DNA of 64,000 nucleotides. It comes from Antedon mediterranea (taxonomy: Eukaryota > Animalia > Echinodermata). How positions within the stretch are numbered: position 1 is the first letter of the stretch; every line of letters begins with the position of its first letter. A program made the translations under genes and the position numbers. Location of the stretch: the NCBI RefSeq assembly GCF_964355755.1, contig NC_092675.1, positions 10,287,812 to 10,351,811 on the forward strand. The letters run 5' to 3'. A model generated the notes under the pieces. That model was given only the letters and a program-made list of their open reading frames with translations, did not search any database and had not been told where the DNA came from. Positions 55,001 to 64,000 of the stretch are shown here, in pieces.

Positions 55001-58000
55001 TCCCAAGGAACGAACGAAAGTGTCATAACATTTTTGATGTAAAATAATTACTAACTTTAATCTCGTTTTAATTGATTGATTAAAAAAGATTGATTGACAA
55101 AAAGAAATATTCAATTAACAATGGCCAGTAAATCAGAAAACAATAGATGTTGTAAAATATAAACAACATCTTCTGGTCATTCATTACATTATCTGTAGGG
55201 TAATTCATTCATGGAGTCCTGTATGGCGTCACACCTGTTTTGTAATTCATCATTACAATATAAAGCTTTCTGGATTTATTATTATTTATCAAGTATAACG
55301 AGAAAATTTAAGGAAATATAGAAAAAGTATGAAAACATTTATTCAAAAATTCATTGTGATATTGATAAATATTTAAAAGTGGTAATTAAACCACAAAGAG
55401 GAAAAAAAATTTCACAAAGTTGAGTCGTAGAACGGTGCTAGACAGTGTTTCGACGACATTGTTATTTTGGCATACTGTATATGGCCTTTTACGTACTTAA
55501 TTGATTCCAGACAAATAAAATACCAGTATACAACAGGGAAACACACATGGTTATTCTGTTTACAGTACTGCGGCGTCGTGTGGAAGTGGAGCGTCGCAGC
55601 ATTGAAACATCTGTATGCCTAGCAGGCTGTCAAGCCTGTTCGAATTCGAGCGGAAGTCGAGCGTAAATTTTGTCAACAGAAATCGCAGCATTGAAACATC
55701 GGTATGCCTAGCAGGCTGTCGAGCCTGTTCGAGTTCGAGCGGAAGTCGAGCGTTACTGTTGTCAATTTAATCGCAGCATTAGCACTGACTGAGCAGTAGA
55801 AAATAATATTATTATCAAACATCGACTAGGCCTAGGCCTAATGATTCTTGTTTGTAAGTATTGTTCGGAGCAATTGTTTTATTAAAAAAGACAAACATAA
55901 ACAAAACAGAATAGCCTACTGTATATGATTTTTAAATATTTCCATGACTTTTTCAAAAAGTAATTTTGTCTGGACTTTAATCAAAGGTCTTGAAAAAACG
56001 AACCCACATTAAAGGGGGGTTCCGGGTTTAAAATGAATAGTAAAAAATGTAAAATATATTTGTTTGTCTCTTGAACGGTAAAAGTTTCAATTTATATAAG
56101 CGCCCAGTGAAGCAGAACGAAGGCTGTGAAATGAGGCCAGATTACAAGTGCAGCTACGGCAAAATCACACTGTGGTTACAGAATAGGAAATTCGTGAAAT
56201 GGTCAATGTTCCGACGACTCGTTATCATTAACCATATCAATTACTTTTGTAAAATTATACTTATCTGATGTAATTTTAGTCGGTCTTCCCATTTATAAAG
56301 TCAATTTTCTATGAAAATCCATCAAAACAGTGAAAAATTAGATAGGTTTGCACTTTACGTTTGCCGATTTTCGCACTGACTTAGGGAAAGCCTTCAAAAT
56401 CAATGAAGCGTAACGTATACATTCCTGCTGAGCGAGGAGAGAGCGAGACGACGATACACGTGCTCTCTCTGCTCCATGCCTGGCATCGTCACGTGATAAG
56501 CAGATACAGTATACAATACCAAACTGGTTGGGTCGAGTATACCCCGTCTATAATCACAACATGAACGATGTACAGTATTTGATTGAAGGTTGACTCGACC
56601 TACCGGAATGGTATAGATAATATAGCTCGAATGAGAGAGTTGGAATATTTGTATAAACATAAGTATTGCTAATTTTAACAAGTGTAGCCTATAGTAAAAG
56701 GCCTGGTAGTATCAATTCGCATAGGGTCTACTACACTAGCTAGCTCAATTTTTAACTGGGCCGGATCGGCTAGGAGGTCTATTTGCTTGATGCAGTATCC
56801 GCTTTTTTGGAGAGTAAACTAGGCCTACTTATTAATTAGACGATCGGGACACCATACGTGCGGACGGCGATCGGACCTTGTTTTGCCTCAATATTTACAG
56901 CCGATTTTGTAGAACGTTTTAGGTTTAGATTGTTTAGGAGTTTGGTTGATAGGATGGGTTTGGAATGCACTGAGTTTTGTTATTTATGGGCCAATCATTT
57001 AGTAGTAGGCTAGCTAGGCCCATGATGGCCCCAATATTTTAACGTAGCCATCGTGGCATGGAATCCCTAGTCAGAAATGGCTCTCACCCATGAATAAAAT
57101 TATTTAGGCTAGGCCTAGCCTAGTACGTGAAGCCGATATACGATCTGTACTATTCGAGGTATAAAAATAGTATAATTTATGACTCCGTAATCTGTACTAA
57201 ACTTTGTATTTCATTAAATGTCAAATAAATATATGCTACACTTTAGGCCCAGTTTAGAAAATCTACAAAAAAATGTATTTCACAATGATCGGGTGGTCGT
57301 CGTTTGACAGGGGAGAGAGAACACAACGTACAAGAAGCTTGACGTCGCGAGTTTGGAATCCACTGATGACGTGATTTTGTGAATATCTCATGAATATTAA
57401 TGAGCTTCCCTAAGCTGCTGAAAAACAGACTTTCCATGAATTTACCCTAAAATGTATATGAAATTTAATTTGTTTAATTTCTCGTTATTACTTCTTCATT
57501 CTGACATGTCTATATTGTTATAATATTTTTTATTTAATAAATAAACGATATTTAAAAGCAATTTTAAACCCAGAATCCCCCTTTAACTTTCCGAATTTTG
57601 TACGTACAGTAGGCCCTACATAGTACTATAAAAACAATCGTGTGTGTGTGTACATTTTACCCCTATTTTATAAAATAAGGTTCTATACAATTTTTATCGA
57701 TTTTATACTTGCACGGGCGACGCGTCCTTGCCGCGAATGAATTAAGTTGTTTATTTTTTAAATTAATATGCGTGGTCATAAGGAATAACATAAATTATAT
57801 AATTTTATTACTGTTACTGCTCGTCTGTGTAAATTGGCCTAAACAATTATAAAGTAGATAAGATTACCTCTATGACTGACAAAGACACAGATTTTCCATT
57901 AAACAGTGGTTCTGGTGTTGACTTGATAGGACGGAAGATATATGCACCTGAAGGTTGGCTACTAACGCTATCACCTGTGTTGGGATCATACCAGTAGAAT

Positions 58001-60712
58001 GACTGGTTCACTTTGATTGATGTGTTTGTCAGCAAATTAGTCATTGATTTCAGAAGTCCAGTAGTACCATCAAAAGAAAGACTAAAAATCTGGAATAAAA
58101 TACAATCAGTGTATTATGTTTACTATTGGATTTATTTTGGAAAAAGAAAGAATAAAACATAAAATAAAAATTAAAAAACAATCTAGGACGTACTATAAAT
58201 CATTTTTCCAATTCATGAATCTATAAATAACAAAGTTTTCAAAATAATTGCGTATAAAATTATGTTTTTTTAGTAATCTTTATTTTATATATATCAACAT
58301 TAGCAATATCCATATTAAAATGTGTAAATGATAGTTCAAACACCTTTAAAAACTTGATAAATACCAACAAAAAAGGGTATGTATATTAACAATCATTGGT
58401 TTGGTCTAAAGTGAGATGAATCTTCTCACTAAAAGTTGGCCTAATCATCTTTGGGCCAAATCGTCTGTGACACATACAGTACTGTAATCGAAGGTTGTCA
58501 CCTCAACCTGAACCAACAAAATTGGGTCCGAGACATCCCTGCAAATCGAAAACCCACTATTACCTTATTTTTTATTGTTGTATCCCCATTAAATGGAATC
58601 CTTGCAGTTGTGTACTTGCTAATTCCCTTAGAGTTCATTTCATTTGTGGTTACTATACAGAACAAAACAAATACTATTATTACATTCTCACGTCATAAAC
58701 TGTATTCATAGAGATATTATTCACTATAATATCTCTATGCTGTATTGTATACAAAATTATCCCAATAAAGTATCATATCTTTATCACTGACAAAATTTAT
58801 TTTTACAAGCAAATACATTATATATAGGAGTTTCTAAATAAATTCAACAATGATTTACAATTTGGATTTGTTCATACAGTAATTGTATTGAATTTAAAGA
58901 TGTATTGTCTCCAAAAACATGAAAAAATGAGTTCCTGTTTCTGGGTTTAAGTAATTAAGTAAAACTGTTCTTTAATTTCTTTTTGTATGTATTTTTGTAT
59001 ATTTTATTGGTGTTGATTAAGCAAGAGCAGTTATTCTGTTTATCAATTGTTTCTGGTATATTACTTTTTGTTAAATTTGTTAAATATTATTATTATCTAC
59101 TAATGAAAAAATCTTACAGTAGCTTTGAGCTGTCACATGGTATACTGACCACCCCAATGCAGACACCGAGTAAGGAAAGATGAGAACTTTACTAGAACCT
59201 TTTCTAGTTCTGCGAATACGCTTTGTCTCAGCTGTTACATCAAATACCTATACAATACATAAAAGAAAAAATTGTAGAATCTTAATATTATGATTAAGGC
59301 CACTAATAACAATTCCCAATTGATAGGAAGATTAGCATGCAGTAATGGTGTTCTGTTAAAAATATATATTCAGTAGTCAAAAAAATGGAATAGGCAGTTT
59401 GGGAAACCTCCACACGTATGGGTAAAACTTGTGTACTACATCAGTACGCTGATTTTCGATGCCTTATGATGTGTAAATCACACATTTAAGATTTATTCTT
59501 TGAAAATTAAGTTGTATTGTTAAATGCAGCACTTATCATCAAAACTTCAACATAAAATATTCAAGAAAATTCAGACAGAGTTTTAGTATAAAAATGTTTC
59601 AAGAAAACGACAGAGAAGCAAAAAATATTGGTTAGGCCTAGGCTAAATGCGCTGATTAACCTAGGCCTGCCTCCTACATACCTTTAGACCTTTAACGGTA
59701 GTAAAATGATTTTGCCCAAATGGAAAAACTATATATTCAAATGTATTAAGTATTGATAAGGGTACGTATGCGTATAAGTGAGTTTGTCCAAACTCTCTAA
59801 TATTTAACAAACTTATCAAATGATGTTTGCTACTTATATAACTGGATATTCAGAAGCAGATTGTAATGTAGCAAATGACTGAATATTACCTGGCTGCTGA
59901 TGACAAATTTATTTTCATCTGTGACTACATAAACGTTTCCATCAACTGGTATGTTGGCATAGTCTGTAACTGCACGAGCAATCGGATTGTAAACTGTTAC
60001 AATAAACTTGTAAATAAAAAAAAAAACATAAATCAATGATTAAAAATAAATTTCTTCTAAATAAAATATGATTATATCATAAATATTGAACAATATGGAT
60101 GTTAGTTTTAATGTTTTTCAATTTTCAAAATGAATTTTGTTTATTTAGTTTTATTGTTTTTCATTTTTGTCCACAAAAAAAACATGAAAAGATTTATAAA
60201 AGACTTTTTCGCAGTTTTAATAAATTTATGCACTAAAAAATAATGTTTTCACTTATAAAAAGACAAAATAAAGGGTTAAATTCAACCAAAAACCCATTTT
60301 TCAAGTAAAAAATGTTTTGTTTGATCTAATTTTTGGTCAAAGTGAATAATTATTATGTGACATTAAATATAAAATTGCATATTCAACAAAACATTTAAAA
60401 AAAAAACAATTTTTCAAGGGGATAATATCTTTAAAATGGAACATAGAATGCAGTATTTACGTACATAATTTAAAAGATTATGCACTTTTTTAAGATATAA
60501 TTAGAAAAATAAATGGATTTATTATTTATGTACTTTAATAATACATTAAATCAATGTAAAATCCAGTATTATACTATGAAATATAATATACATACCTTGT
60601 TTGAAGATTCTGTAATGGCACAAATACTTATATTTGTAAATTCACAATATTGTGCTTCGTTGATTCCAGTTTTTCCAGTCACCAATGATGTCATCGTGGT
60701 TCCAATCAATTC
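48970..60712 (-). CDS. MAN2B1: Lysosomal alpha-mannosidase (GH38), 3' half, 13 exons; 5' exons not seen in the window
   Basis: Exons 60596-60712, 59890-60006, 59118-59247, 58564-58652, 57868-58089, 53669-53787, 52948-53049, 52431-52518, 51894-51974, 51346-51570, 49973-50122, 49221-49338, 48970-49064; all GT-AG and phase-consistent. Motifs [87 protein letters not shown]. Confidence 0.93.
49973..50122 (-). CDS. MAN2B1: alpha-mannosidase exon
   Basis: [35 protein letters not shown]... Confidence 0.9.
50278..50668. mobile_element. Kolobok-type MITE (TTAA target)
   Basis: TTAA|AGATGTATTGTCCCTT ... AAGGGACAATACATCT|TTAA; partial relatives at ~58895 and ~60420. Confidence 0.75.
51346..51570 (-). 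CDS. MAN2B1: alpha-mannosidase exon
   Basis: [33 protein letters not shown]... Confidence 0.92.
55594..55780. repeat. ~90-bp tandem duplication
   Basis: TCGCAGCATTGAAACATC.GTATGCCTAGCAGGCTGTC...CGAGCGGAAGTCGAGCGT occurs twice. Confidence 0.8.
56013..57582. mobile_element. Kolobok-type non-autonomous element
   Basis: TTAA|AGGGGGGTTCCGGGTTTAAAAT ... ATTTTAAACCCAGAATCCCCCT|TTAA. Confidence 0.7.
57868..58089 (-). CDS. MAN2B1: alpha-mannosidase exon
   Basis: [16 protein letters not shown]...QSFYWY...[10 protein letters not shown]. Confidence 0.92.
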
Positions 60713-61583
60713 CTAAATATACATTTGAAAAGTACATACTCAAAGACTTATCAGTTTTAAATTTTAAATTTATAATGTAAAAAATTGGTCAAACTTGCTA
60801 TATCAGTAATATACTTTATTTGATTACGGTGACACACCTCAATGCTGTTTTTTAACAAGGCCGAATTTCAAATTGCTAATTTCATTCTAATTCTCATTTA
60901 TTAAGCTCTGTCTAAACTATCAAACTACTTTGACAAAAATGTGTGACGTGCCCAAATAAAGTAGTGATGACATCATCGTATCCATATATCAGGGTTCGTA
61001 CACCTGTAAGCTAGTAAAATTCCAGGACATTTCAAGGACATTCAATGTCAAAAGTTAAACATTTAACCTAAATATTAAGTTTAACAGAATAAAAATTTTT
61101 ACTTTTTAAGGTTGAAGAATTTCGTAGTTATGATGTTTTTCAGAAAATTCAAGTACTGTAGCCACTAAAAACATACAGCGAATCGTGTATTTTACGAAGT
61201 TTACGAATCGTCTTTTTTACAAAAAATAACGATGACCGTCCCATTTTAGAGATGTTTTTCGCCTTTATTTTTGATCGATGACGCACGGTCAATCCACGAG
61301 GGAAAAATAATATTAATATTTGTTGTAATTGATTATAATGCTTAGCATTTATTATCGTACCGGAAGTACCTTCATCAGGGATCAGGGATTGTTAGTCGCA
61401 TGTGTTTTCCGGCGGAAAACATAAGCTCCGTTCGTTTTGCTGTTTCTAGTGGGCTATGCAGTATCATTTAAGGCGAATTTTACATGCGCAAGTACCATTT
61501 CCGGCCATCTAGGGGTGTCATTTAAGAACATTAAGTAACACTTTTATTATTGTTCAGTGTTTTTAAAACATTATTACAAAGAA

Positions 61584-64000
61584 CTAGAGGGTGAGCTCGC
61601 TTCGCTCGCTCCCCCTCTAGGAAGTGTAGACAATGGTTCTCGGAATGATAATTTTCTCCTTGTACGTTTTCTGTCGGTTACCATTATTTAAAATGCTTGA
61701 CATTCGTAAAACTAAACTACTTTGTTTCAGTGTTTTAGATGATTAATAACATTTTAAAGTATAGTCTTTATTGTTTGGTAGGGCCCATTGGGGAGGTGGA
61801 GTTCATTTGAGGGAGGTGCTTATTCTAGGGATATATGTTAAATTTTTTAGTTTTAATAATATGGTAACATTTATAATCAAATGAAATCCTCTAATAGATA
61901 TGAAAAGTGGTAAAAAAGAATAACAAATGCTTGGTAAATTGCAGATAACAGTGCGATGAATTCTATTACAAATGGTATAATTGTGTTATTATAAATGTGG
62001 ATGGACGTTTATTAGATAGTTGGGTTGAGGGGGGGGGGGGGGATTATTATTCAAAGTGATGTTTTATTGGAGAGGCATTTATTCAAATAAATACCATGAC
62101 TCCTAATAATTATTCATACATTATTTAATTTAAACATCTTTTGTGAAACTAACTGAGTGGGCCCAAGAAAGAAGACATTACAGCTTGCAACATGAGCAGA
62201 CATCTCGGTCCTAACGGGACACAGGAAGAAAGCCTACAGTTATTCCTGCCAGCTTACTCAATAAAACTCAGCTATCGGGATTTCACTCGATTTTAAACTA
62301 AATGTCTTATCATCAAATCTCACATCAAATTTTATAATACTATTCCCCACAATATAATCCGATTCTTTATGGCGTATATTTAATTTGATCTTTATTAATT
62401 TGCAGTATAATTTCTATTTTTTAACTACTGTACCTTTAGACCGGGCGCCCGGAAGATTTATTCATGTGAAAAGATACAAAAGGTTTGATGATGTAGTTAG
62501 GTGCGTATTAGGGTGAGATGCAATATTCGACATTGCTGCCGGGTCACAGCCTGTACATGGGGCCTGTGGGGATCATAACATAGGGTGGTAAAAATGCATT
62601 TATTCATGTTAAGCGATACAAGGATAAACTTTTTTGGATATTATTCGCAGTGGGCTACTAATGATTACATCCCCAATGACAGCAACTTTATCCTGTACGG
62701 GGCGCCAAACAGCAACATTTTAGGGCCACACCCAAATGGGTATATTCATGTGAAGCGATACAAGGTTGAATCTTTTTTTAATGGCAGCAGTACATATTGG
62801 GGATGACAAAAACACCAATGACAGCAACTTTATCCTGTACATAAGCTCAGACAGCAGCCCTACAGGTCCGCAGTTTCCCTCTATTCGGCTATATACTCGG
62901 CGCGTATGTCGTCTTATGGCGTTCAGCTGAGTTAGAAATACGTGATACGGACTCGGACTGACAATAGCCTAAATACACAGTAGAATGATAAAACAATAAA
63001 TAAAGAGAGCAGTTGTTTGCTGTACCAAATCATCAAACATCAAACTCTTAGGAACTCGCCCAAAATGGGTTTATCCATGAAGTATGAATCATTTTTAAAA
63101 AAATGTTGTTTTTTTTTCACTTTATCCGGTACACAGCAGCTCAAATGCCCGAGGCTCCATTCGTGATCAACAATGTTGATAATACAAACACATTCACGAT
63201 AACGAGTGACTTTTATTTTATAATTGAAATATATCTTTAATTTGGGGAATAAAATAACACCAACAAAAACACTTAAAATAACCAACAGCAGATTTGTATT
63301 TTAGGGTAACATTTTGAACAATCTATTTTATATCAAAATCATTATTTCGATCAAAATAATATAATTTAAGAATATTTTTCAGATAAACTAAATAATTACA
63401 CTCATAATGATCGACACCGGTACCTATAATATTGTACATTATTATTATAACTCGATTTAAATATTGTTTTAATTACACACTAGACACCATAGTGATATGT
63501 CTATATGAAAAAAGGCAACAAAATCTAAATTTGCAACATTTTTTAACATAACATAACATAATAGTAAAGTAAATAATAGTTCGAATTCAACATAATCACT
63601 TAGAGAATTGGTAAGGTATAGATTAGACTATCGATTGCACACTATTACTGTATTTTTAACTCAATTTAAATTTTAAAAAAGTAACCGTTTTCATGTGAAT
63701 TAGCCTGATAAAAACCAACAAATAACTTAATCTGCGCTGCCAACATTTTAAACATCGTTACTTGTCCATAATGGATCGACTACTGTATCGATTACTGCAC
63801 ATTGTTTTACTTTAACTGAACCAAAGTCAAACTTTTAATTGTTACTGTACTAACATTAGACAGTGATATCTGATAAAAGGCAACATTAATTAATATTAAT
63901 AATACTGAACCAAATTAAATATCGTTACTTATCCACAATGGATCGACTACTGTATTGATTATTGCACATTATTTTACTAACTAACATAAGAAAGTGATAT
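61584..64000 (-). mobile_element. Helitron 3' terminus (minus strand); internal extent uncertain
   Basis: Reverse complement of 61583-61620 is CTAGAGGGGGAGC-GAGCGAAGCGA-GCTCACCCTCTAG|T, with the same loop and upstream CGAGAACCAT as the Helitrons at 1374-4337. The 5' end was not identified. Confidence 0.5.

Overview
AT-rich, intron-rich and transposon-dense animal genomic DNA; the very frequent TAGGCCTA-type motifs suggest a marine invertebrate, possibly an echinoderm, but that is inference only. There are two spliced genes, both on the minus strand. (1) The 3' half of a lysosomal alpha-mannosidase (MAN2B1-like, GH38): 13 exons in 48970-60712, all GT-AG and phase-consistent through the stop codon. 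(2) The 5' part of a NAF1-like gene (H/ACA RNP assembly factor) in 17983-39796. Its N-terminus is expanded by five near-identical, frame-preserving Cys/acidic exons. Four of the five look like chimeras created by a tandem duplication with breakpoints inside two original exons. The rest is mostly nested mobile DNA: a head-to-tail Helitron dimer, a decayed Academ-like element splitting an RTE LINE, L1/Tx1 and CR1 fragments, many MITEs (Harbinger-, Tc1/mariner-, Kolobok- and EnSpm-type termini), a probable solo LTR, and 19-bp and 43-bp tandem arrays. All family assignments come from recognising motifs and termini by eye; no database searches were run.
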